This document shows, piece after piece, positions 39,828-48,319 of a stretch of 64,000 nt of DNA. Source of the stretch: Patescibacteria group bacterium (GTDB lineage Bacteria > Patescibacteriota > Patescibacteriia > GWA2-46-9); the NCBI GenBank assembly GCA_041660005.1, contig JBAZXG010000007.1, positions 72 through 64,071 of the forward strand. The letters are read 5' to 3'. A program made the translations under genes and the position numbers. Under the pieces are notes generated by a model. The model made no database searches, was not told where the DNA came from, and saw only the letters and a program-made list of their open reading frames with translations. Position 1 is the first letter of the stretch. The number at the start of each line of letters is the position of its first letter.

Positions 39828-41540
39828 ATGACTCAAGACGAGGCTCTTTCCATCTTGAAAACTGGAACCAGTGTTTTTCTGACCGGTGAACCCGGAAGTG
39901 GTAAAACCCATACGGTCAATCATTACGTCCATTGGCTACGCGAACATAGCATTGAACCAGCGATCACGGCATCGACCGGTATTGCCGCTACGCATATTGG
40001 TGGTCGCACCATTCATTCATGGAGCGGTATTGGTATTAAGAATAAACTTTCTTCTACAGATCTCAGCAGGATTTCGAGCAACACTCGTGTTGTGAAACGG
40101 GTACGCGAGACGCATATTCTCATTATTGATGAAGTTTCCATGCTGTCTGCCAGTACTTTGTCCATGGTGGAAGCAGTCTGTCGGAAGATTCGTGGCGGCA
40201 CTCAGCCATTCGGCGGACTCCAACTTGTGCTCGTGGGTGATTTTTTCCAGCTACCGCCGGTGGTGTCGAGAGATCAAGAAGAGAGCAAGCAATCATCACT
40301 GATCTCTGTGGAAATTAGTGGTTCGCCTTTTGCGTTTTTGTCATCAGCGTGGACCAAGCTGAACCCCGTTGTCTGCTACCTTTCAGAACAGCATCGACAA
40401 GAAGATCCTACATTTTTGGGTATGCTATCGGCACTGCGTCGCGGAACAGTAGATAATACTCATCATGAGTTACTAAAGCAACGATCGGAGACCGTTGCGC
40501 GTTCTGGTGTCACACAACTTTTTTCGCATAATGTTGATGTAGACCACATTAATGACGCTGAACTTCAGAAGTTGCCCGGTGCCACGCAAGAATTTATCAT
40601 GACGAGTCGTGGACCATATGAGTTGGTGACCGCACTCAAGAAAGGTTGCCTATCGCCGGAAACGTTGGTGCTCAAAGTTGGCGCTCGGGTGATGTTCACG
40701 AAAAACGATGCAACCTATCGTTTTGTGAACGGGACGCTTGGAAGTATCATTGGATTCTCAAAGGAAAATAGATACCCAATGGTGAAGATCAACTCTGGTC
40801 GTACCGTTGAGGCTACACCGCTCGAATGGAGTATCGAGGATGGTGGCAGTATTCTGGCGCGTATCACTCAATTGCCGTTGCGGTTGGCGTGGGCGATGAC
40901 CGTGCATAAAAGTCAGGGGATGTCGCTTGATGCCGCGCACATGGATTTGTCGCAAGTCTTTGAGTATGGACAGGGATACGTGGCACTTTCACGTGTGCGT
41001 ACGCTCGCTGGACTAACATTATCTGGTATCAACGAGCGTGCGTTGCAAGTGCATCCGGAGATCCGCACGAAAGATATTGAATTCCGTCAGGCATCCGCGG
41101 CCGCTCAAGAGGAGTTTTCAAGTATTCCGCCTGTTGAACTCTCAGAAAAACAGCACGACTTCATCCTTCGTTGCGGCGGGAATGTGAAAGCAGACCGGAC
41201 CGCGCGAAAAGAAAAGATAAAGATTTCCACCTATGACACAACGAGCGAACTTCTTTTGAGAAAATTATCGATCACAGATATAGCCAAAGAAAGAGGCTTG
41301 AGTTTTGACACGATTCTCGGTCATCTTGAGAAGCTCATAGCCACAGGAAAGGTTAATCCAAAAGTTGACCTTGTTTACTTGAGGCCAAAGTCAGAACGTT
41401 ATGCAAAAATAATAAGGGCATTTAAAAAAATAAGACAACGGACCGGTGAAGTACGCCTTGTCCCTGTTCGTGAAGTCCTTGGAGATAGTTTCAGTTTTGA
41501 GGAGCTGCGTGTGGCGAGATTGTTTTTAGACAATAGTTGA
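39828..41540 (+). CDS. PIF1/RecD-family 5'-3' DNA helicase with C-terminal HTH domain
   Basis: Walker A motif LTGEPGSGKTHTV, a DE box (ILIIDEVSML), and a C-terminal helix-turn-helix-like segment (LSITDIAKERGLSFDTILGHLEKL). Confidence 0.8.
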   Translation: MTQDEALSILKTGTSVFLTGEPGSGKTHTVNHYVHWLREHSIEPAITASTGIAATHIGGRTIHSWSGIGIKNKLSSTDLSRISSNTRVVKRVRETHILIIDEVSMLSASTLSMVEAVCRKIRGGTQPFGGLQLVLVGDFFQLPPVVSRDQEESKQSSLISVEISGSPFAFLSSAWTKLNPVVCYLSEQHRQEDPTFLGMLSALRRGTVDNTHHELLKQRSETVARSGVTQLFSHNVDVDHINDAELQKLPGATQEFIMTSRGPYELVTALKKGCLSPETLVLKVGARVMFTKNDATYRFVNGTLGSIIGFSKENRYPMVKINSGRTVEATPLEWSIEDGGSILARITQLPLRLAWAMTVHKSQGMSLDAAHMDLSQVFEYGQGYVALSRVRTLAGLTLSGINERALQVHPEIRTKDIEFRQASAAAQEEFSSIPPVELSEKQHDFILRCGGNVKADRTARKEKIKISTYDTTSELLLRKLSITDIAKERGLSFDTILGHLEKLIATGKVNPKVDLVYLRPKSERYAKIIRAFKKIRQRTGEVRLVPVREVLGDSFSFEELRVARLFLDNS

Positions 41541-42617
41541 CACATTGGTTCCGTTCTCAATTTTCCGATATCGCGTCGTTCGTCCTTGGCCAAGGCGCTC
41601 AATTTTTTTAAGACGCAATAATACATCGAGCGCCTGTGACACGGTTGGCCGTGCCACTTTTGTTGCTCTAGCAATTTCGCCCGGCGTCGCTTCCGGGGCG
41701 CCTTTAAGATAGTGCCACACCGCGAGCTGCTTGGGCGACAAGAGTCGTTCAATGTTCTCACGCGACAGTAATGTAATTGCCTGTTCGGCCTGTCGTGCTG
41801 ACATTGTCAAAAAGAACTTAAGCCATGGGGTTATGTCTTCATCGCTAGTGCGTAAAGTGACCTGACTTCGTTGGAGTGCTACGTAGTAGTCGGTCTTATT
41901 GTTTTCAATGAGTTTTTCGTGCGAGACATACGGTACATAAGCATAGCCAAAGCGGAGCATCAAAAGATTTGTGAGCACGCGCGACAGCCGTCCATTACCG
42001 TCTTGAAATGGATGAATAGCCAAAAACTCAACAAGGAAGCTGCCGATGACAATGAGGGGATGTGTTTCTTTTGCTGCCAGCGTTTTGTTGGTCCAATCGA
42101 TGAGTTCAGACATATGCTTTGGCGTAAGGTACGCTGGACTTGTTTCAAACAGCACGCCAACGGATTTTCCGGATGCGTCAAATATCTCCACTTTGTTTTC
42201 CGTTTTTTTATATTCGCCACGATGTCGTTCGTCCTTAGTGGCGTATTTCAAGAGTTCTTTATGGAAGTGCTTGATCGTGCTTTCAGAAAAAGGAATGTGC
42301 TTCCATGAAGAGAATACGTTTTCCAGGAGTTCGTAATACCCACGCACCTCCTGCTTATCGCGATCGGCAAATTTCTGCATGCCGAGTCCGCGCATCAATT
42401 TTTCAACGTCGTCGTCGGACAGCTTCGCGCCCTCAATGCGCGTCGAAGATCCGGTCGACGTGATAAGTACTGACCGTTTTAAACGTCCGAGGGCTTGCGG
42501 ATTCAACGTTGCTCCGCCGATCCATTGTCCTTTCAACTCATCGATTTGATTGGTGAGTGACCATAGTGATTGCGGTATTTTTTTTGTTCGTTTATCGCGT
42601 CGATATAGGAGAGCCAT
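41526..42617 (-). CDS. Class-II Fic family protein (AMPylase-like) with C-terminal winged HTH
   Basis: Fic motif HPFQDGNGRLSR, an N-terminal inhibitory motif STRIEG, and a 15 nt 3' overlap with the helicase. Confidence 0.85.
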   Translation of the reverse strand: MALLYRRDKRTKKIPQSLWSLTNQIDELKGQWIGGATLNPQALGRLKRSVLITSTGSSTRIEGAKLSDDDVEKLMRGLGMQKFADRDKQEVRGYYELLENVFSSWKHIPFSESTIKHFHKELLKYATKDERHRGEYKKTENKVEIFDASGKSVGVLFETSPAYLTPKHMSELIDWTNKTLAAKETHPLIVIGSFLVEFLAIHPFQDGNGRLSRVLTNLLMLRFGYAYVPYVSHEKLIENNKTDYYVALQRSQVTLRTSDEDITPWLKFFLTMSARQAEQAITLLSRENIERLLSPKQLAVWHYLKGAPEATPGEIARATKVARPTVSQALDVLLRLKKIERLGQGRTTRYRKIENGTNVSTIV

Positions 42618-42739
42618 ATAATCTTATATATTAACTATATGAGATTATATACGATTACTTAATTTGAGTCAATTGCCCTAAGTGGTATGATTAGTTAACC
42701 TCGAAAAAATCGAGGTTTTTAAAGGATGCAACCTAGGCA

Positions 42740-42812
42740 GTTCGAATCCCTCCTCTCCGCCAAGGATAGAATATTAAACCCGAAAGGGTTCGTGGGCGTA
42801 GACTTGTGGTGA
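42740..42812 (+). repeat. Three rearranged fragments of the tRNA-Ser(GGA) 3' region (att-like remnants)
   Basis: 42740-42761 ttcgaatccctcctctccgcca matches the tRNA T-loop and acceptor 3' end. 42774-42795 taaacccgaaagggttcgtggg matches the variable arm and T-stem. 42797-42812 gtagacttgtggtgag matches the flank at 39761-39778. Confidence 0.6.
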
Positions 42813-42834
42813 GCTTGTCGAACCGTTATTATGA

Positions 42835-43590
42835 GTGCCCAATATGAACGAAGAAACAAAGTCAAAAAAGTTCGAACAAATATTGGAAAAAGCAAAAAAC
42901 GACAACCGAGTTGTTGGACTGATTTTAGCTGGTGGACGCGGAAAAGGTATGTTTACTGAAAATTCAGATTACGATGTTCTTGTAGTTACGACCAATGAAG
43001 CGGCCTCAGCTGTAGAAAAAGATTATAAAGGTGAGCAGGGCGTCATTGATATTGGTGTGCGGTCTCTAGAGGAATTTAGGAATCACGCAACAGTGGGAAG
43101 TGCTGAGGAGTGGGATAGGTATACCTTTGCTCATACAAAAGCTCAAATTGACAAGACGGGAGAAGTTCAAAAAATAATTGACGAGAAAGGAATCTTGCCA
43201 GAAGATAAAATATTAGCAATTTCCAAACACGCACTCGGTGGTTACCTAAATTCTCTTTACCGTTCAGTTAAGAACCACAGAGACGGTAATCAGTTCGCAT
43301 CTCATTTTGATGCTTGCGAATCTTTATCGTGGTTACTTACTTTTCTATTTGCGACCGAAGGAAGAGTTCGTCCTTACAATAAATTTCTAAAGTGGGAGTT
43401 AGATAACTACCCGTTAAAAAATTTGCCAATTAAATCTGAAGATTTTTTGCATAAGATAGCATCGGTTATGGAGTCGGGTGATATAGGTGTACAGAAAGAG
43501 TTTCACATTATTGCAGAGCAAACTGCCCTAGATAATAATTGCGCAGAAGTAGTAGACGGCTGGAATGGTTACTACTTTGGTAGAGAATGA
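42835..43590 (+). CDS. Pol-beta-superfamily nucleotidyltransferase, ANT(6)/AadK-like architecture
   Basis: G[GS]x9-13DxD core (LAGGRGKGMFTENSDYDVLVV) preceded by an E..EQIL..A..D.R helix as in streptomycin adenylyltransferases. Low GC. Confidence 0.5.
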   Translation: MPNMNEETKSKKFEQILEKAKNDNRVVGLILAGGRGKGMFTENSDYDVLVVTTNEAASAVEKDYKGEQGVIDIGVRSLEEFRNHATVGSAEEWDRYTFAHTKAQIDKTGEVQKIIDEKGILPEDKILAISKHALGGYLNSLYRSVKNHRDGNQFASHFDACESLSWLLTFLFATEGRVRPYNKFLKWELDNYPLKNLPIKSEDFLHKIASVMESGDIGVQKEFHIIAEQTALDNNCAEVVDGWNGYYFGRE

Positions 43591-43643
43591 ATATTGTCTG
43601 AATAATTCTATAGGTACCACAGAACCTTTTTTCTAACATAGTT

Positions 43644-45131
43644 ATGGAAAATAAGTACGTTTCAGTTTACCAGTCGTCTGCGCCGCCTTTCCCGTTGGGT
43701 GTCGTGGCAAGTCGGCATGTCAAATCAATGAAGCAAACCATTGGCTTAAACAGTAGTTATTCAGTTATTCATACGGTCTATCATAAAAAAAATGGTGAAA
43801 TGCTTTTTTTAAAAAAAGAGATTCACGATGTTGGTAAAAAAGTGTTAGAAAAACTTTTGAATAATCCTGGTGTTTATTCTGAGTGCCAAGCGAAATATTT
43901 ATTGTACATTAATAAAGCGCTCAAACTTTTAGATAATAAGAATCTTGAAAAAAAGTTATCACGGCTCTCTGACAAGGGAATTGCCGATCTTTTTAAGCAA
44001 GCAGTTTCTTTGTTGGCTCAGGCCTCTGCTTATCCGGAGCAGCCGAATTTCAGCTTAGAACTTTATGGACAGCAGGAGATTAAACAGCGGGTCTTTGATT
44101 TTTTGAAATCAAAAGGGAAAAAGGTAAGCCGTACTGACTTTGATCAATACTTTAATTTATTACTGTTTACGCCAAAACTATCTTTTACCCAGCAAGCCGA
44201 GCTCATGCTTTTGGAGGCGTCTTTATTAAACAAAAAAAGGCAATCAATCGCGGTGCAAAAGTACGTGAATAAGTTTTTCTGGCGTTATTATGATTATTAC
44301 GGCCCTATTGTTGACAGGGAGGCAGCAAAAAAGGAATTTGCAGAGTATAAAAACCTCTCAAAAAAAGTAGTACGTCGGAGAATTAAACAAATACGTGATA
44401 CCTTAAAGAAAGATAAGGTACAACAGAAAAAGGCGTTGTCTCAATATGATTTACCACATGATTTAAAACGAGCAATTGTGTTGTTGCGAAATTTTGGGTA
44501 TTTGTATAGCGAAAAGAAAAAAGAAATGACGAGTCGTGTAAATTATGGGCTTGGTCAAATTATAAAGTTTACTGCGCACAAGAACAACATTGACGAGTTG
44601 TCTTTGCATTATGCTACTCCGGAAGAACTTATTTCATTTTTAAGACACGGTACTATTAATCGGCAACTATTGTCGCGCAGGATGGAAAAATGTATTTTTG
44701 TTTGCGATAAGCAATCTGAATACTATAAAATCTTAGAAGGGGAAAAAGCCGAGAACTTACTTAAGAAACTGCGCGTAAAAGAAAATATTGGATCTGTCGG
44801 TGTGTTAGTGCAAGGGAATAGTGCTTGCGGCGGGAAATATACCGGGCGCGTTAAGGTGATAGTGAATGCTAGCCAAGTCCATAGGATCCAAAAAGGGGAT
44901 ATACTTGTTACCACCATGACCACGGTTAACTTTGTGCCCGCCATGAAAAAATCTGGAGCTATTATTACTGATCTTGGCGGAATAACCTGTCACGCTGCCA
45001 TTGTTTCAAGAGAGCTCGGGATACCCTGTGTTATAGCCACGAAAATTGCCACTAAAACATTACAGGATGGTGACTTAGTTGAGGTTAACGCCAATCACGG
45101 GAAAGTAACAATTCTTGAAAGAAGAGGTTAG
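43644..45131 (+). CDS. PEP-utilizing-enzyme mobile (swivel phospho-His) domain protein with an uncharacterised ~370 aa K-rich helical N-terminal domain
   Basis: C-terminal segment ...GGKYTGRVKVI...GDILVTTMTTVNFVPAMKKSGAIITDLGGITCHAAIVSRELGIPCV matches the swivel domain of PEP synthase and rifampin phosphotransferase. No ATP-grasp domain is visible. Confidence 0.55.
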   Translation: MENKYVSVYQSSAPPFPLGVVASRHVKSMKQTIGLNSSYSVIHTVYHKKNGEMLFLKKEIHDVGKKVLEKLLNNPGVYSECQAKYLLYINKALKLLDNKNLEKKLSRLSDKGIADLFKQAVSLLAQASAYPEQPNFSLELYGQQEIKQRVFDFLKSKGKKVSRTDFDQYFNLLLFTPKLSFTQQAELMLLEASLLNKKRQSIAVQKYVNKFFWRYYDYYGPIVDREAAKKEFAEYKNLSKKVVRRRIKQIRDTLKKDKVQQKKALSQYDLPHDLKRAIVLLRNFGYLYSEKKKEMTSRVNYGLGQIIKFTAHKNNIDELSLHYATPEELISFLRHGTINRQLLSRRMEKCIFVCDKQSEYYKILEGEKAENLLKKLRVKENIGSVGVLVQGNSACGGKYTGRVKVIVNASQVHRIQKGDILVTTMTTVNFVPAMKKSGAIITDLGGITCHAAIVSRELGIPCVIATKIATKTLQDGDLVEVNANHGKVTILERRG

Positions 45132-45209
45132 GTATTTTTAACCCCCCCCATCATTTAAAATGTCTTACTGCATAACTCATGTGACTGCGATTTTATAAAC
45201 AGAATTGGC

Positions 45210-46445
45210 ATGAAAAACTTAACTCTATTACTTCAAGATTTTTATAAAAACCGGTCGTTTTTAGTAGTTGCTTTATTTTCGTGCCTCTTTTTTTATCTTG
45301 CCTTCTTTTTTAACACCAGCGTTTTAAGCGAACATCAATTTACAGAACTAGCGCGCTCTTTTCTTCATGGTCAATTGTTTTTTTTGAAACAGCCGATGTC
45401 AGGCAAGGTCTGGTTAGACGCCGCACTTTTCAATGGCCATTACTATTGGCCGTTGGGGCCGCTGCCAGCCGTCATTCTCATACCTTTTGTATTGCTTCGT
45501 TTCAGTGTCACTCAGGGCTACTTGAATCTTTTGTTGGTGTCCGCAGTTTTTTATTTGATTTTTAAAATTGCTCAAAAAATCGGCTACACCAAGACAGAGT
45601 CTACTTACTGGTCGTTTGCTTTTTGTTTTGCCTCGGTTTTTCTGGGTGTCGTGTTGGTTCCTTGGAGCTGGTATCTTGCACAAACGGTAACCGTTTTTTT
45701 ACTTTTTCTGTCCCTCTACGAGTATTTAAATAAAAACCGACCTCTGGTCATTGGTGTTATTTTTGGTTTCATTTTATTGACTCGTGCAAATGTTACTTTG
45801 GGTGTCCTTTTCTTTATTCTAGATATTGTTTTCAGTTCGGAGACCATGAGGAGAAAAATAAAAAAAATGTGTTTGCTATTGAATCCTGTGGTGGTCGCTT
45901 TAGTAATTGGCCTGTTCTACAATTATCTTCGTTTTGGAAATTTTTTCGAAACGGGCTACGAAAGTAGTCAGCTGTTAATCGAACCCTTAAGTCGAGCTCG
46001 TGATCTTGGTTTGTTTGGCTTGGTTCATGTGCCAGGCAATCTTTATTATTTTCTCCTTAGTACACCATTACCTGTCTTTAGAGATAGTGTTTCTCATATT
46101 TTAAAATTTCCTTATCTCACTGCCAATGCTTGGGGTATGAGTATTTTTCTTACCTCACCCTACTTTATTTATCTATTCTTTTTAAAATATCGAGATTTGT
46201 TTTCTAAAATGCTCATCGTAACCATTGTGTTAATTGCCACAACTGTTCTCGCATATTACGGTATTGGCTTTAGACAATTTGGCTATCGCTACTCGTTAGA
46301 CTTTTTACCATTTTTGTTCGTTCTTTTAATGCAAAATTATTTTAACGCACACAAGAATATTTCAACTGGATTCAAAGCATTAGTAATTGTCACAGCAATA
46401 GTGAATCTTGTTTGGTTTTCTCAAATTTTTTCTTTTTTGGCTTAA
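45210..46445 (+). CDS. Polytopic membrane protein, GT-C-type glycosyltransferase-like (ArnT/PMT-like)
   Basis: At least 10 TM helices with an early periplasmic-loop acidic motif region. Low GC. Adjacent to a GT2 gene. Confidence 0.45.
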   Translation: MKNLTLLLQDFYKNRSFLVVALFSCLFFYLAFFFNTSVLSEHQFTELARSFLHGQLFFLKQPMSGKVWLDAALFNGHYYWPLGPLPAVILIPFVLLRFSVTQGYLNLLLVSAVFYLIFKIAQKIGYTKTESTYWSFAFCFASVFLGVVLVPWSWYLAQTVTVFLLFLSLYEYLNKNRPLVIGVIFGFILLTRANVTLGVLFFILDIVFSSETMRRKIKKMCLLLNPVVVALVIGLFYNYLRFGNFFETGYESSQLLIEPLSRARDLGLFGLVHVPGNLYYFLLSTPLPVFRDSVSHILKFPYLTANAWGMSIFLTSPYFIYLFFLKYRDLFSKMLIVTIVLIATTVLAYYGIGFRQFGYRYSLDFLPFLFVLLMQNYFNAHKNISTGFKALVIVTAIVNLVWFSQIFSFLA

Positions 46446-46457
46446 CTTTTTCAAGAA

Positions 46458-47171
46458 ATGAAAACCGTAGTTGTTTTGCCTGCCTACAATGCCGCGAAAA
46501 CTTTGGAGCAAACAGTTCTAGCGATACCGGTAGGCAGTGCAGATGAAATCATTTTAGTGGATGACTTTAGTTCTGACGAAACGGTTCGAGTTGCAAAAAA
46601 ATTAGGACTTACCGTTCTTCAGCACCACAAGAATTTGGGCTATGGGGGTAACCAAAAAACGTGCTATCAAGCTGCCCTAGATCACGGCGCCGACATTGTT
46701 GTTATGCTTCACCCCGATTTTCAGTATGATCCTAAACTGATTCCGCACTTTGTTAGCTTCATCAAAGAAGGGTACTTTGATGTGATGTTGGGTTCTCGTA
46801 TTCGGTCGCGGCAAGAAGCGCTGGATTGCGGTATGCCCAAGTATAAATATTATGCCAACCGCTTTTTGACCTTAATTGAAAACCTGGCCACCGGTCAAAA
46901 TCTTTCAGAGTGGCACACTGGTATGAGAGTTTACAAAAGGGAAGTCTTGGAAAAGATTGACTGGCAGAAAAATTCTAATGATTTCTTTTTTGACAGCCAG
47001 ATGTTATTTGAAATTGTGAGTCAGGGTTTTAAGGTTGGCGAAATTCCTGTACCAGTTCGCTATCAACCAGAGGCGTCGAGCATTAATTTTCGAAGAAGTC
47101 TGAGATATGGAACACAGACGTTATTTTTGGCACTCAGTTATTGGGCGAAAAGATTATTTCGTAGGCAGTAA
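46458..47171 (+). CDS. GT2 glycosyltransferase (polyprenyl-phosphate sugar synthase-like)
   Basis: VVLPAYNAAKTL and DDFSSDET DxD-type motifs. Confidence 0.8.
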   Translation: MKTVVVLPAYNAAKTLEQTVLAIPVGSADEIILVDDFSSDETVRVAKKLGLTVLQHHKNLGYGGNQKTCYQAALDHGADIVVMLHPDFQYDPKLIPHFVSFIKEGYFDVMLGSRIRSRQEALDCGMPKYKYYANRFLTLIENLATGQNLSEWHTGMRVYKREVLEKIDWQKNSNDFFFDSQMLFEIVSQGFKVGEIPVPVRYQPEASSINFRRSLRYGTQTLFLALSYWAKRLFRRQ

Positions 47172-47185
47172 GAGAGCCATATTTG

Positions 47186-47231
47186 TATTTTTGTCCCCCA
47201 TACCTCGTCGGCTTGCCGCGAGGTTACCGTT
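47186..47231 (+). repeat. 47 nt conserved intergenic motif R1 (tattttgtcccccatacctcgtcggcttgccgcgaggttaccgtt), copy 1
   Basis: Matches 62694-62740 with 2 mismatches. Contains the hairpin acctcg/cgaggt. Confidence 0.7.
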
Positions 47232-47397
47232 ACAGAAGACAAAAATATCCCTCGTAGCTCCTTGACCGTCCGTAGCATTGCTGTGTCCTGCCGTAGTTTT
47301 GTACGAGCGGGAGCGAAGGAGGTGAGTTTGACTCGGCGAAGGGGGGTTACTTCTGTATACCCCATCCCCTTGGGGCGGGGTAATTGATTATGATTTT

Positions 47398-47431
47398 TAC
47401 ACCATTTTGTGCGTACGCACAAAATGGTGTA
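47398..47431. repeat. 34 bp perfect palindrome (tacaccattttgtgcgtacgcacaaaatggtgta), paralog of 14157-14190
   Basis: Differs from copy 1 only by a symmetric A-to-C / T-to-G pair of changes, which preserves the palindrome. Confidence 0.7.
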
Positions 47432-47491
47432 ATTTGATACTTGCGTAACTCTGCCGCGACCTCTTTCTCGGTTTGCTTACGACCGAGCTAA

Positions 47492-47523
47492 GGTATCCAG
47501 GACTTTGCCCTGGGGCTAGTACC
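47492..47523. promoter_or_regulatory. Palindromic CCAGG-ACTTTGC-CCTGG motif (block 3) within a putative TTGCCC-N16-TATTAA promoter of the downstream gene
   Basis: Same motif as 17095-17124 and 62785-62812. It overlaps a -35/-10-like pair about 30 nt upstream of the ATG at 47554. Confidence 0.45.
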
Positions 47524-47553
47524 ACTTATTAATTCTCGTATATAGTTCAAGTC

Positions 47554-48192
47554 ATGACTATGCAAAATATTCTTCGAGACGATATTGAATACATTGTTCA
47601 TACAGAACCTGATGGTACGGTTATTGGCCCTATTTCTAAAGTACATGCACACTATCCAGGGGTACGATCTACGCTGACTCATTACTCAACCTGGTCAATG
47701 ATTTTTCATCCGGAGTCTGGGACTTATGGTATTCAACTAAAAAATCCAAAGAAGGGTGACGCACTCACTGATGGAAAGTGGGACATGGGTGTCGCTGGAT
47801 ACAATTGTTACATCAAAGATGGGTCAGCGTGGCGGTATACAAATTTTGAAGAGACGTTAGTTAAAGAAGCGGGTGAGGAAATTGGGCTACAGCTTACTGT
47901 TTTTGACTCTCTTGAAGAATTTTTAAAAAACATAGGGCATACGAATGCCGCATATTTTTTTGACCGGTTTCTTTGGAGAACAAATCAAGACAATGAATAC
48001 GTGGGCCTTGCGTTTGTAACAGTCGTCGAGCAGAAAACAATTTTTGTTGACGATGAAGTTGTTGATTTTAAGTGGATGTTGCCAGAAGAGTTAAAAGAGT
48101 TTTTGCAAACCGGAACGAATTATTGCGCTGCCTTATCAGTCATTTTTGAGAAAGCGGAACAGTTTAGACTAACCGCGTTGAATGAAGTGTAA
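47554..48192 (+). CDS. Nudix-like hydrolase (degenerate Nudix box)
   Basis: ETLVKEAGEEIGL resembles the REx2EExGU box. Confidence 0.4.
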   Translation: MTMQNILRDDIEYIVHTEPDGTVIGPISKVHAHYPGVRSTLTHYSTWSMIFHPESGTYGIQLKNPKKGDALTDGKWDMGVAGYNCYIKDGSAWRYTNFEETLVKEAGEEIGLQLTVFDSLEEFLKNIGHTNAAYFFDRFLWRTNQDNEYVGLAFVTVVEQKTIFVDDEVVDFKWMLPEELKEFLQTGTNYCAALSVIFEKAEQFRLTALNEV

Positions 48193-48319
48193 CATTAACC
48201 AACGTTACTGCTTGTTTTTAGGGCACAGTGGTAGATATTTTCATGTTCTTGACGACAGAGGTCGTAGGGCGTAGGTTGATCGTGTTTGAAAGGACTATTT
48301 TCACCCCTTATTTCATATA

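Noticed and set aside
47341-47398. G-tract/C-tract segment (ggggggtt…ccccatcccc…ggggcgggg) as G-quadruplex or i-motif
   Set aside because: Only two or three short G-runs per strand. More simply it is part of an imperfect GC-rich hairpin, and there is no evidence for function.
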